A stretch of 33,854 bases of DNA from Candidatus Hecatellales archaeon B24 (GTDB lineage: Archaea; Thermoproteota; Bathyarchaeia; Hecatellales; Hecatellaceae). Shown here piece by piece: positions 1 to 9,374 of this stretch. The number at the start of each line of letters is the position of its first letter. The first letter of the stretch is position 1. The notes under the pieces are model-generated. The model searched no databases, was not told the DNA's origin, and was given only the letters and a program-made list of their open reading frames with translations. The position numbers and the translations under genes are program-made. The stretch is from NCBI GenBank assembly GCA_001593855.1, contig LUCC01000002.1:1-33854 (forward strand). The letters are read 5' to 3'.

Positions 1-167
1 GATTTAGGCTGAGGATTCAGGCTTAAAACTTCGGCAGCCTTAACTATTTCCTGGAGACGGGGTGAACGGAAGCAGATGTTTCGAGGAAGCCTCCTACCTT
101 CCCTCCTAGTTTTGGAAGCGTCAAAATATGCAAGCCAGAGAATAACCTTGCCCTTAAGCTTCCTCAA
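1..167 (-). CDS. srp19: Signal recognition particle 19 kDa protein, 5' part (runs off window start)
   Basis: Not in the ORF track. Manual translation from TTG at 167 gives MRKLKGKVILWLAYFDASKTRREGRRLPRNICFRSPRLQEIVKAAEVLSLNP, matching the SRP19 W.AYFD..K.R.EGRR motif. Lies directly downstream of rps8e. Confidence 0.88.
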   Translation of the reverse strand, partial: MRKLKGKVILWLAYFDASKTRREGRRLPRNICFRSPRLQEIVKAAEVLSLNPQPK

Positions 168-187
168 CCCGATAACCCTGAAAACTT

Positions 188-580
188 TTAGCTGGACCCG
201 CTTGATTCTAGGAGAACCGCGTTGAGAACTCCGTTCTGACTTGGCCTTGAGGTAACCCTTACCAGGCCTAGGTCGGTTTCTAGAATCGTTCCTCGAGTTA
301 TTACACCGCGCCTGCTATACTCGATGTTCGCCGGATTTCTTACCACTCTTAGAATAGAAGCCTTAACTGTTTTACCTGTTTTAGGATCTGAAACCTGAAC
401 TGTTTCAGAAGCCTTCAGGCGTACCTTGAAGTTTCCTCCTCTAACCCGTTCAAGCCTTCTCTCTTCAGGTCCCTGCATGGTTTCAACGGGGAAACCACCC
501 CTCTCGAATTTTCTGCGTCCACGGGAGGGTTTACGTTTCCCGCCGGTAGGCTTACGCTTGTGGAGGTCTGAATGCCACAA
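188..580 (-). CDS. rps8e: 30S ribosomal protein S8e
   Basis: KRKPTGGKR...RRKFERG, RVRGGN.KVRL, NPAN.EY.RRGVITRG, VTSRP.QNG.LNAVL. Confidence 0.96.
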   Translation of the reverse strand: MWHSDLHKRKPTGGKRKPSRGRRKFERGGFPVETMQGPEERRLERVRGGNFKVRLKASETVQVSDPKTGKTVKASILRVVRNPANIEYSRRGVITRGTILETDLGLVRVTSRPSQNGVLNAVLLESSGSS

Positions 581-669
581 GACTTCTCTTCCACCACCCT
601 CACAACATGGTTTTCAGGGTTAATCCCTAGTGGAGAGCTTGAAGCCATGTAAAAAGGTTTCTGAAGGTT

Positions 670-1902
670 TTACTTCAAGATTCCGTAGCCTACAAGCCTC
701 CACCGGCCTGCTATCCTACGGCTTAAGGCAACCCTTGAACCCTCCCCGGCGCACACAGGCTTCCTAAGGGAGATCTCAACGTAGCCATCCCGGCTGGAAG
801 TTATAACGCCAGCGGTTACAGAGGTGCCGGAGTTCACGACAACAGGCTCATTGGTTTTCAAAGGTTCAACCTCAACAAGTTCAGGCGTTCCAATAGCATA
901 CTTGAAAAGGCTGACTTCCACTCCAATCCGCTCTAAGGTTTCAGGCAGAGTTCCAGGCTTGCCCAGCAGGTTTCCTATAAGCCCGTCGGCTTTGGTGAAG
1001 GCCGGGTCCAACAGGGTTCCAACGCCTACTAGGCCTCCGCAGCCAGCCTCCTCAACGCTTCTCCCCCCAGCCCTTAAACTCACAACCTCGGTGTGAAGAG
1101 GCTCGTAGCCTCCTTCCTTTTCAACTCTAACCCCGGGCTTTATCTCTATTTCCTCTCCAACTTTGAGCTTTCCTTCGACGATGGTTCCGCCGAGAACTCC
1201 TCCTGTCAAATCTTCAATCTTGGTTCCAGGCTTGTTAATGTCGAAGGAGCGGACGATGTGCATGAGCGGAGGCTTAGAGGGATCTCTCCTAGGCGTAGGG
1301 ATGAAGTTTTCAACAGCCTCTATTAGGAGGTCTAGGTTTACCGCGTGTTGGGCTGAAACCGGGATTATAGGTGCGTCCTGTGCAACTGTCCCCTCAAGGA
1401 ACTTTTTGATGGCTTTAAAGTTTTCTTCAGCCTGCTCCCGGCTTACTAGGTCAACCTTGTTCTGAACTACCACGATGTTTTTCACGCCTATTATTTCGAG
1501 GGCTGCCATGTGCTCTCTGGTTTGAGGTTTGGGAACAGGCTCGTTGGCTGCTATTACGAGAATGGCGCCGTCCATTACAGAAGCCCCGGAAAGCATCGTG
1601 GTCATAAGGATTTCATGGCCTGGACAGTCTACAAAGCTTACAGCCCTCAGAAACTCGGTTTCACCACCGCAGAGAGGGCACACAGGCTTGGTGGTGTAGC
1701 ATTCGGGAGGAGGATGATTTGGACAGCGGTAGAAGCCGCAGTCAGCATAGCCAAGCCTAATCGTAATCCCCCTGCGAAGCTCCTCTGAGTGCCTAGCAGC
1801 CCAAACGCCTGTGAGTCCTTGGATAAGCGTGGTCTTACCATGGTCTACATGGCCTGCAGTTCCAATATTGCATTCAGGCTGCCTCGGCAGCGGCTCAGAC
1901 AA
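670..1902 (-). CDS. eif2g: Translation initiation factor aIF2 subunit gamma
   Basis: QPECNIGTAGHVDHGKTT, HSEELRRGITIRLGY, Zn knuckle, DCPGHE, QNKVD, C-terminal RWRLVGYG. Start moved from 1926 to TTG at 1902, which has GGTGG upstream. Confidence 0.97.
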   Translation of the reverse strand: MSEPLPRQPECNIGTAGHVDHGKTTLIQGLTGVWAARHSEELRRGITIRLGYADCGFYRCPNHPPPECYTTKPVCPLCGGETEFLRAVSFVDCPGHEILMTTMLSGASVMDGAILVIAANEPVPKPQTREHMAALEIIGVKNIVVVQNKVDLVSREQAEENFKAIKKFLEGTVAQDAPIIPVSAQHAVNLDLLIEAVENFIPTPRRDPSKPPLMHIVRSFDINKPGTKIEDLTGGVLGGTIVEGKLKVGEEIEIKPGVRVEKEGGYEPLHTEVVSLRAGGRSVEEAGCGGLVGVGTLLDPAFTKADGLIGNLLGKPGTLPETLERIGVEVSLFKYAIGTPELVEVEPLKTNEPVVVNSGTSVTAGVITSSRDGYVEISLRKPVCAGEGSRVALSRRIAGRWRLVGYGILK

Positions 1903-1954
1903 ACCCGGCCACCAACACACAAACACAAACTAAACATTTATCCATTATGCTACC

Positions 1955-2956
1955 TCACGGTTTCCTCCAGGGAATCGGCACCGTGTCCAGCCTCCATCTA
2001 GGCTTAACAAAGCTGCGTTCCACTGGTACGCTTACGCCAGCTTGGCGGGCGAGGATCCCCGTCCAGGCGATCTGAGCCCCGCAGTCGCCGCTGTATTCTT
2101 TCGGCACAACGAGGAAGCAGGCTTCATGCTCCTCCGCCACGATTCGAAGCATTTCCTGAAGCCTCCGGTTTGCTGCTACGCCTCCTGTTAGCAGGAGCTC
2201 CCTCTTCTCTAGGAAGGCAAGAGCTCTCTCAGAGGCTTCAGCTAAGGCTGAGAAAGCAACTTCCTGGAGAGAGAAGCATAGGTCTTCAAGCCTGCAGCCC
2301 TCCCCCAGCTTTTTGACGGCTTGGGTTAGCAGGCCTGAATAGGATACGTCGTTTCCCTTAACCGTTAGAGGAAGCGGGATAAGATGTCTGCCCTCCCGGG
2401 CAAGTCTTTCAACGTTTGGCCCTCCAGGCGATGGAAGCTTAGCCTCCCGTGCGAAGCCGTCTAGCAGGTTTCCCAGCGTGATGTCTTCAGTTTCCCCGAA
2501 AACCCTCCACTTCCCAGCTGAGAAGGCCACTATGGAAGTGTGTCCTCCTGAAACCAGAACCACTAGGGGGTCTTCAGCCCCAGTTTTCAAGGCTGCAAGC
2601 TCAATATGACCTATAGCATGGTGGACGGGTATCAGGGGGACTTTAAGATACTTGGCTAGGGCCCTCGCCACCGTGGCTCCGGTTCTTAGGCATGGGCCTA
2701 AGCCTGGCCCCTGCGAGAAGGCTACAGCATCCACATCTTTCAGGCTTACCTCAGCCTTTCTGAGGGCTTCCATTAAAACTGCTGAGGAAACCTGGGAGTG
2801 ATGCTGCGCGCTCTCTCGGGGGTGGATGCCTCTGCCTGGGGGAGGCTTATAAACGCTTCGCTCATCGGAGAGGATTTCACCTTTACCAGTGGCCAAACTA
2901 ACTCCGAAGGTGTGAGCTGTGCTTTCTATGCCGAGACATAGGATTTCACGTGGCAA
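1955..2956 (-). CDS. kae1: KEOPS t6A tRNA threonylcarbamoyltransferase Kae1
   Basis: LGIESTAHTFG, GIHPRE, SQGPGLGPCLR, HHAIGHIE metal motif, VSGGHT, GGVAAN, GDCGAQIAW. Confidence 0.96.
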   Translation of the reverse strand: MPREILCLGIESTAHTFGVSLATGKGEILSDERSVYKPPPGRGIHPRESAQHHSQVSSAVLMEALRKAEVSLKDVDAVAFSQGPGLGPCLRTGATVARALAKYLKVPLIPVHHAIGHIELAALKTGAEDPLVVLVSGGHTSIVAFSAGKWRVFGETEDITLGNLLDGFAREAKLPSPGGPNVERLAREGRHLIPLPLTVKGNDVSYSGLLTQAVKKLGEGCRLEDLCFSLQEVAFSALAEASERALAFLEKRELLLTGGVAANRRLQEMLRIVAEEHEACFLVVPKEYSGDCGAQIAWTGILARQAGVSVPVERSFVKPRWRLDTVPIPWRKP

Positions 2957-3038
2957 GCCCTTCCAGCCCTTAAGGCTAGCCTCTCCGGAAGCAGTTAAAC
3001 TTTAATTTACGACGGGTTGAAAAGCTTAGCGGGGGAGG

Positions 3039-3689
3039 TTGAAGCTTCTAAGGAAGGGTGCTGAGGCAAATCTTTACTCAGCAAGGTTTCTAGGCCTAAA
3101 ATCCATAGTTAAGCTTAGGGTTAGGAAAGCCTACAGGGTGCCTGAACTTGACAGGAGAATCCGAGGGTACCGGACGGTCCACGAAGCAACCCTCCTCCAC
3201 GAAGCCAGAAAAGCTGGAGTGCCAACCCCGCTGGTATACTTCCTTGACAGGAAGAGCTGTAAGCTGATCCTTCAGCATGTGGAGGGGGTTAGACTTAAGG
3301 AAGCTCTGAACGGCAGGCTGGAACCTGGGAAAGTTAAAGGTTTGGCTTTAAGGCTTGGAGAGCTCGTAGGCAGGCTGCACAGCCACGGGATAATCCACGG
3401 CGACCTGACAACCTCCAATGTTATCCTCACACCTGAAGGCGGAATGGTGCTGATAGACTTCGGCTTAGGCTTCCACTCTGAAAGCTTGGAGGACAGGGGA
3501 ATGGACCTACACCTTCTAAGGCAGACCCTTGAAAGCCACCATACAAGGCTGGCTAAACCCTTCTTCCAAGCCGTCCTAGAAGGCTACGGGAAAATCCTTG
3601 GAAAGGAAAAACTCAGCGAAATAGAAGGCAAGCTTGGGGAAATCAAAGCAAGAGGCAGATACGTCCCCCCAGAAGACAGGAAAACCTGA
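3039..3689 (+). CDS. bud32: KEOPS kinase/ATPase Bud32
   Basis: KGAEA, K.YR.PELD, GVPTP, IIHGDLTTSN, IDFGL, EDRGMDL, C-terminal RGRY. Confidence 0.95.
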   Translation: MKLLRKGAEANLYSARFLGLKSIVKLRVRKAYRVPELDRRIRGYRTVHEATLLHEARKAGVPTPLVYFLDRKSCKLILQHVEGVRLKEALNGRLEPGKVKGLALRLGELVGRLHSHGIIHGDLTTSNVILTPEGGMVLIDFGLGFHSESLEDRGMDLHLLRQTLESHHTRLAKPFFQAVLEGYGKILGKEKLSEIEGKLGEIKARGRYVPPEDRKT

Positions 3690-3706
3690 AACCTGCATTA
3701 AACCGG

Positions 3707-3922
3707 TTATAAACATTTAAGGTAATCTTCACGTGGGATACCACAATCCCTCAGTATTCTGCTAAGCAGCCCTACACCTATCTCCTTTACAGGAACGGTG
3801 ACGAAAACACCATCACGTTCAAGGGTAACATGACTGCCCTTACGGCGAACCACCTTAAAGCCAAAATTACGGCAAAGTATCTTTATAAGCTCACCTCCCC
3901 GTATAGGTTTTAAACGCATCAA
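3707..3922 (-). CDS. HicA-family toxin (mRNA interferase)
   Basis: 71 aa basic protein: ELIKIL...GF.VVRRKGSH (catalytic His), VTVP..EIGVGLLSRILRD.GI. Confidence 0.88.
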   Translation of the reverse strand: MMRLKPIRGGELIKILCRNFGFKVVRRKGSHVTLERDGVFVTVPVKEIGVGLLSRILRDCGIPREDYLKCL

Positions 3923-3995
3923 TAATCCATCTTCCTGGTATTCTTCTAAACTTTAATCAAGAAAGCTGCCAACAACAGAAGAAAAGTTTGGAAAA

Positions 3996-4193
3996 TCAGC
4001 CTACTTTAATCTGATTTTCAACCAGTTTTATGGCTTTTTCTTTTAATAAGGAAAGATGTAATTCAAGTGCTTCTTTAAAATTTTTTTTAGCTTCCTCCAA
4101 AGTTTTTCCTACACTATATACTTTCAGCGATGAGCAGGCAATGGCGTAGCTACCATCTTTCTCCCGGATAATTTCTATGCTGACCTCTTCCAA
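3996..4193 (-). CDS. HicB-family antitoxin (short, no DNA-binding domain)
   Basis: IIREKDGSY.IACSSL..YSVGKTLEEAKKNFKEALELHL is the HicB partial RNase H fold; adjacent to hicA. Confidence 0.85.
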   Translation of the reverse strand: MEEVSIEIIREKDGSYAIACSSLKVYSVGKTLEEAKKNFKEALELHLSLLKEKAIKLVENQIKVG

Positions 4194-4268
4194 TCTTGTA
4201 AACCTTCCAGGCTTTCTATTAAAAAGTAACCAAAACTATTACAATTAAGGTTTACTGTACGGACGGTT

Positions 4269-4634
4269 TTATAGGAGTTTAAGCCGTCCTGTAACCTTGT
4301 TTATCAGGCTTACTGGGGCTGGTCCTATTCCAAGGCAGGTTACCGTTCCTGGTGGAACCTCTGTTAGGCCACGGTCTTCTATGAGGGCTGTGGGAAGCCC
4401 GAGGCTTTCAGCTTCAGCCTTAAGCTTTTCCAGCTCTTGGAAGCTTTCAACTTTCAGCACTACTTTACGCTGGCCTTCGCCAATCCACTGCCTCCACCAT
4501 TCAGGCCTGGCTTTTCTTGCTTTTTCAGCGGCTGAGACGGCTGCGTGGGCTATTTGGCTGCAGAGCTTCCCCTTGGAGAGTTTTAGGTCTTCTCTGACTA
4601 TGATGTTCTGGGTGTACTGGAATTCTTCAGCCAC
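4269..4634 (-). CDS. pth2: Peptidyl-tRNA hydrolase Pth2
   Basis: [22 protein letters not shown]...[40 protein letters not shown] at 4634 preferred over 4661, which abuts the TATA element. Confidence 0.95.
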   Translation of the reverse strand: MAEEFQYTQNIIVREDLKLSKGKLCSQIAHAAVSAAEKARKARPEWWRQWIGEGQRKVVLKVESFQELEKLKAEAESLGLPTALIEDRGLTEVPPGTVTCLGIGPAPVSLINKVTGRLKLL

Positions 4635-4660
4635 CTCTGGAAGCGGCCTCCTAGAAGGCA

Positions 4661-4671
4661 ATTTATATATA
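4661..4671. promoter_or_regulatory. Probable TATA box (ATTTATATATA) in the divergent pth2 / Zn-finger gap
   Basis: Archaeal TATA-like element between two divergent genes, about 27 nt upstream of the pth2 GTG. Confidence 0.55.
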
Positions 4672-4722
4672 GGAGTTTTAGGCTTCCCCTCTCATTTAAG
4701 GCTTGCAGGGGAAGGTTGAGGA

Positions 4723-4923
4723 GTGGGTTTAGAAGCCTCCACTGGAGTAAGCGAAGTTAAAGTTCCTATATGCACCTCCTGTGGCAGAACCATTATCCCG
4801 CTTGAATACTACGTGAGGTTCCCATGTCCAAACTGCGGCCAGATAACCATAGTCAGATGTGAGAAGTGCAGGAAGTTCGGCAGGTCCTATAAATGCCCTA
4901 AATGCGGCTTTCAAGGCCCCTAG
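4723..4923 (+). CDS. Small Zn-finger protein (DUF1610 / HVO_2753-like)
   Basis: Four CxxC motifs (CTSC, CPNC, CEKC, CPKC) ending GFQGP; typical position upstream of aEF-1beta. Confidence 0.9.
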   Translation: MGLEASTGVSEVKVPICTSCGRTIIPLEYYVRFPCPNCGQITIVRCEKCRKFGRSYKCPKCGFQGP

Positions 4924-4944
4924 GAGGCTTAAAAAGGTGAAAGC

Positions 4945-5217
4945 GTGATGGGTGAAGTGGTAGCATCCTTGAAGCTGCTTCCAGCTGAAGCCGACACGGA
5001 CTTGGAAGCCTTAAAGAAGAAGCTGGCTGAAACGCTTCCAAGCGAAGTTAGGATTTACAAGTTTGAGGAGGAACCCATAGCCTTCGGGCTGAAAGCTCTA
5101 ATAGCCCATCTGGTTCTCCCAGAAGACCAGACGGGTAAAATGGAGGAAGTGGAGGAAGCTGTTAAGAAAGTTGAAGGTGTGGGTGAAGTAGAAGTATTAA
5201 TGGTGAGAAGGTTTTAA
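4945..5217 (+). CDS. ef1b: Elongation factor 1-beta
   Basis: MGEVVASLKLLP, EEEPIAFGLKAL, VEEAVKKVEGVGEVEV. Confidence 0.95.
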   Translation: MMGEVVASLKLLPAEADTDLEALKKKLAETLPSEVRIYKFEEEPIAFGLKALIAHLVLPEDQTGKMEEVEEAVKKVEGVGEVEVLMVRRF

Positions 5218-5342
5218 ATGGAAAAGTAAAGGCTTCACATGGCGAAAGCCGTGGAAAAAGGGTTTATTTTATGTCGAAAACGAATTAAAGCTTAAGTCTT
5301 ATGAGGGTTTAACCATTAGTGCGAGGGGGTGAGCCCAGAGTT

Positions 5343-7526
5343 ATGACAAGTGAAATACAGCTTAGGGTTGCTGAAGCAAAGCAGAGGGATGTAGGCAGAG
5401 GAAAGGCGAGAATAGACCAGAGGGCTATGGAAGTCCTAGACGTAATGGCAGGCGACATCTTAGAAATTCGAGGTAAAAAAGTTACAGCCGCCATAGCGTG
5501 GCCTGCCTACCCTGAAGACCAGGGCGTGGACATCATACGTATAGACGGGCTCACCCGGAGGAACGCCCAAATATCGCTGAATGAGTACGTAACCGTTAGG
5601 AAAGCCATGGTTCATAACGCTTCCAGCGTAACCCTGGCCCCGGTGGACGTTCGAATAGAATTTGACCCTGACTTCACAAACTTTGTTAAGTCACGCCTTT
5701 TGGAGATGCCCTTAGTTGAGGGTGACATTGTTCTTCTATCCGTCTTCGGGAATGCCATGCCCTTCACCGTCGCCAAAACTAGGCCTTCAGGCATAGTTAG
5801 AGTTACCTCCGGCACCATATTCCAGGTTCTAAGCGAGCCAGCCCCTGAGAAGAAGGGTATTCCAAGGATAACCTACGAGGACATTGGAGGCCTCCACGAG
5901 GAGGTTCAGCGGATAAGGGAGATGGTTGAGCTTCCGCTTAGACATCCTGAACTGTTCCAGAGGCTTGGCATAGAGCCTCCGAAGGGCGTTCTGCTTCACG
6001 GGCCTCCGGGATGCGGGAAAACGCTGCTGGCGAAAGCAGTGGCCAACGAGGCTAACGCCTACTTCATCAATATTAATGGTCCTGAAATCATGAGCAAGTT
6101 CTACGGTGAATCGGAGGCAAGGCTTAGAGAAATCTTCCAGAAGGCCCAGGAGAACGCTCCCAGCATCATCTTCATAGACGAAATAGACGCTATAGCACCT
6201 AAGAGGGAGGAAGTTGTCGGGGAAGTGGAGAAGAGGGTTGTAGCCCAGCTGCTGGCCCTCATGGACGGGCTTCAAACTCGGGGGAACGTCATAGTTATTG
6301 GAGCTACAAACGTCCCTAACATGCTTGACCCTGCACTTAGAAGGCCGGGACGCTTCGACAGAGAAATAGAAATAGGAGTGCCTGACAAGGATGGACGCTT
6401 CGAAATCCTGCTTATTCACACCCGAGGCATGCCTATGGCTAAAGATGTAAACTTGAAGATGCTGGCGGATATAACTCATGGATATACGGGGGCGGACATA
6501 GCAGCCCTCTGCAGGGAAGCTGCCATGAAGGCTTTAAGGCGTTACCTTCCCAACATAGACCTAGAGCAGGAGCGAATTCCACCCCAAATCTTGGAGAGCA
6601 TGGAAATCAGGATGGACGATTTTATGGCAGCCTACCGGGAGATAACTCCAACAGCCATGAGAGAGGTCTTCATAGAAATTCCTAACATCCGCTGGGATGA
6701 CATTGGAGGGCTGGAGAAGGTTAAAAAGGAGTTGAGGGAAGCCGTTGAGTGGCCTCTAAAGTATCCTCAAGCCTTCGAGAGGGTTGGCATAGAGCCTCCG
6801 AAGGGCATCCTCCTCTACGGGCCTCCGGGATGCGGGAAAACGCTGCTGGCGAAAGCAGTGGCCAGTGAAAGCGAATCCAATTTCATAACGATTAAAGGGC
6901 CTGAAGTCTTCAGCAAGTGGGTTGGAGAGTCTGAAAGGGCGGTTAGAGAAGTCTTCAGGAAGGCTCGAATGGCTTCCCCAGCCATAATATTCTTCGACGA
7001 GTTTGACGCTTTGGTTCCGAGGAGAGGTATGGGCTATGCTGACCAAGGCGTGTCTGAACGTGTTATAAGCCAGCTTCTAACAGAGATGGATGGAATAATA
7101 GGTTTGGAGAACATAGTTGTGATTGGAGCTACAAACCGGCCTGACATTTTAGATCCGGCTGTACTCCGTCCAGGACGCTTCGACAAGCTAATATACGTTC
7201 CAGCCCCCGATGAGAAAGCCCGCAAGGAAATCTTCAAGGTCTACACCAAGAACATGCCTTTAACCGAGGATGTAAGCATTGAAGCCTTGGCTTCTCTGAC
7301 CAAGGGCTATAGTGGAGCTGACATTGAAGCCGTATGCAGAGAAGCAGGGCTTAACGCGTTGAGGAAGAACATCAACACCAAGGAGGTTTCCATGGAAGAC
7401 TTTAGGGAAGCCTTAGCCCGCATAGGCCCCAGCATCACACCTGAAATGGAGAAGTTTTATGAGAGCTTTGGAGCCACCTACAGGAAGCAGATGGAGAAAA
7501 CCCTCGTACCCCCGCCTATAGCTTAA
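5343..7526 (+). CDS. cdc48: CDC48/VAT AAA+ ATPase
   Basis: N-domain ([18 protein letters not shown]) plus two AAA modules, each with GPPGCGKT, a Walker B (IDEID / FDEFD) and RPGRFD. ATG at 5343 preferred. Confidence 0.97.
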   Translation: MTSEIQLRVAEAKQRDVGRGKARIDQRAMEVLDVMAGDILEIRGKKVTAAIAWPAYPEDQGVDIIRIDGLTRRNAQISLNEYVTVRKAMVHNASSVTLAPVDVRIEFDPDFTNFVKSRLLEMPLVEGDIVLLSVFGNAMPFTVAKTRPSGIVRVTSGTIFQVLSEPAPEKKGIPRITYEDIGGLHEEVQRIREMVELPLRHPELFQRLGIEPPKGVLLHGPPGCGKTLLAKAVANEANAYFININGPEIMSKFYGESEARLREIFQKAQENAPSIIFIDEIDAIAPKREEVVGEVEKRVVAQLLALMDGLQTRGNVIVIGATNVPNMLDPALRRPGRFDREIEIGVPDKDGRFEILLIHTRGMPMAKDVNLKMLADITHGYTGADIAALCREAAMKALRRYLPNIDLEQERIPPQILESMEIRMDDFMAAYREITPTAMREVFIEIPNIRWDDIGGLEKVKKELREAVEWPLKYPQAFERVGIEPPKGILLYGPPGCGKTLLAKAVASESESNFITIKGPEVFSKWVGESERAVREVFRKARMASPAIIFFDEFDALVPRRGMGYADQGVSERVISQLLTEMDGIIGLENIVVIGATNRPDILDPAVLRPGRFDKLIYVPAPDEKARKEIFKVYTKNMPLTEDVSIEALASLTKGYSGADIEAVCREAGLNALRKNINTKEVSMEDFREALARIGPSITPEMEKFYESFGATYRKQMEKTLVPPPIA
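5965..6864 (+). repeat. Intragenic direct repeats between cdc48 D1 and D2: 23 nt (5965-5987 / 6784-6806) and 48 nt (5998-6045 / 6817-6864), both perfect
   Basis: TTGGCATAGAGCCTCCGAAGGGC and ACGGGCCTCCGGGATGCGGGAAAACGCTGCTGGCGAAAGCAGTGGCCA each occur twice at an 819-nt offset. Confidence 0.95.
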
Positions 7527-7565
7527 ACTTCAGCAGCTGGGGAGAGGGTGGACGGCTTGTCAACC

Positions 7566-7796
7566 ATGAAAATTTGGAGGCTAATCCCCCTACAGCAGAG
7601 GATAATGGAAGCCCTAAGGCAGCTTGGCTCATGCACAGACGACGAGCTTCTAAAGGCGTTGGACAGGGAGGGAGAAAACGTTACACCTGAAATTCTAAGT
7701 AAGGCGCTTCTACAGCTTGAAGTCCGAGGCCTCATAAGGCTTCTAGGCGCTCCGAAAGGTAGAAGGAAAATCGAGGTTAGACAGGGGAAGCCTTAA
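7566..7796 (+). CDS. Small winged-helix protein of unknown function between cdc48 and fen1
   Basis: [20 protein letters not shown]...[21 protein letters not shown] fits a wHTH pattern and fills the gap co-directionally. ATG at 7566 (ORF track start 7548). Confidence 0.75.
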   Translation: MKIWRLIPLQQRIMEALRQLGSCTDDELLKALDREGENVTPEILSKALLQLEVRGLIRLLGAPKGRRKIEVRQGKP

Positions 7797-7842
7797 CATT
7801 AAATATTCTCTTCAGCCTCTAACCCTTCTGGAGGGGGCAGAA

Positions 7843-8883
7843 GTGGGCGTAAACCTCGGCGACCTTGTACCACGCAGGGAGATAAGCCTCCAAGAGCTTT
7901 CAGGCAGAAGCGTTGCCATAGACGCCTACAACGCCCTATACCAGTTTCTATCCATAATAAGGCAGCCTACAGGCGAACCTTTAATGGACAGGTCTGGCAG
8001 GGTGACAAGCCACCTAAGCGGAATCCTATACCGGACAGCAAACCTGGTGGAAAGAGGAATAAAAGTTGTATACGTCTTCGACGGAACTCCGCCTTCACTT
8101 AAGGAAGCTGAAATCCAGAGGCGAACGCAGATGAGGGAGGAAGCCTCTTTAAAGTATGAGGAAGCCGTTAGGAAAGGCGACTTGGAGGAAGCCAGAATAT
8201 ACGCTCAGGCTACAAGCCGGCTGAGAGACGAGATGGTTGAAGACGCTAAGAGACTTCTAACATTTTTAGGTGTGCCCTGGGTTCAGGCACCGTCGGAAGG
8301 CGAAGCCCAAGCCGCTTATCTGGCTGCCAGGGGGCATGTTTGGGCTTCAGCCAGCCAGGACTACGACTCCCTACTTTTCGGGGCGCCAAGGCTGGTGAGA
8401 AATCTTACCATAACCGGGAGGAGAAAGCTTCCTAGGAAAAATGTTTACGTTGAAGTTAACCCTGAACTTGTTGAGCTTGAAGAGGTTTTAAGACGTTTAG
8501 AAGTTGACAGAGGACAGCTGGTTGACATAGGCATTCTGGTTGGCACCGACTATAACCCAGATGGAGTTAAGGGGATAGGCCCTAAGACAGCTCACAAACT
8601 CGTCAAGGAAAACGGAAGCCTGGAGAAGCTTCAAGACCTCCTGAAGGCTAAAGGCAGCATGCTTCCTGAAAACTGGAGGAAGATAAGGGAAATCTTCCTC
8701 AAGCCCGACGTAACCGACAACTTCAAGGTTGAGTGGCGTAATCCTGACGTTGAAGGCGCTGTCGCGTTTCTATGCGGGGAGAGAGACTTCTCGGAGGATA
8801 GAGTTAGAAACGCCCTAGAGAAGTTTAGGGCTGGGATGAGCGAGCTTAAGGCTAAGCGTACCTTGGACGCCTGGTTCGGCTAG
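7843..8883 (+). CDS. fen: Flap endonuclease 1
   Basis: MGV start, [63 protein letters not shown]-like TLDAWF. Confidence 0.98.
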   Translation: MGVNLGDLVPRREISLQELSGRSVAIDAYNALYQFLSIIRQPTGEPLMDRSGRVTSHLSGILYRTANLVERGIKVVYVFDGTPPSLKEAEIQRRTQMREEASLKYEEAVRKGDLEEARIYAQATSRLRDEMVEDAKRLLTFLGVPWVQAPSEGEAQAAYLAARGHVWASASQDYDSLLFGAPRLVRNLTITGRRKLPRKNVYVEVNPELVELEEVLRRLEVDRGQLVDIGILVGTDYNPDGVKGIGPKTAHKLVKENGSLEKLQDLLKAKGSMLPENWRKIREIFLKPDVTDNFKVEWRNPDVEGAVAFLCGERDFSEDRVRNALEKFRAGMSELKAKRTLDAWFG

Positions 8884-9296
8884 AGGTACCTGGAAATTCC
8901 TGGAATATCCTTCCTCCCCAGAATGCTTCTCACCCCGTAAATCATGGCGTTAGCGTACAGAAGGGTGAAGTCTGCCACGTCTTCGGCGGGGATGCTGAAG
9001 GGTGCCTCCTCAACGTCGTATAGGATTTGAAGTTCATCCTCGAATTCAGGCTCATTCCTCCTCATTAAATAGCAGATTTTAAAGTTTTTCACAGGTTCAA
9101 AGGCTACTGCCCATTCTATGGAGGAATCCTCGATTGGAGGAGGGTGTAGGAAGAAGCCTCCGAGGGCTTCAGCCAGGATTTCCGCTTCCCTGCGGTTTAC
9201 ATGCTTTAAAATGCTGGTTCTAGCCTTCATCCCGTTTCTAACAAAGCTTTCATGGGCTTGTCCTCCCTCGAAAAACCTTATGTTCACCAGTTTCAC
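8880..9296 (-). CDS. Hypothetical protein (possibly DUF3786-like)
   Basis: 138 aa ORF filling the gap. The segment FEPV...ICYL....[13 protein letters not shown]......IPAEDVA is reminiscent of DUF3786 (from memory). Confidence 0.6.
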   Translation of the reverse strand: MKLVNIRFFEGGQAHESFVRNGMKARTSILKHVNRREAEILAEALGGFFLHPPPIEDSSIEWAVAFEPVKNFKICYLMRRNEPEFEDELQILYDVEEAPFSIPAEDVADFTLLYANAMIYGVRSILGRKDIPGISRYL

Positions 9297-9374
9297 AGCT
9301 GGTCTCCCCCAAGAGAATACTTCGCTCTAACAGGGCTTTCCCAGTTCAGCCTGAAAAATTTTAACCTGCCACCC

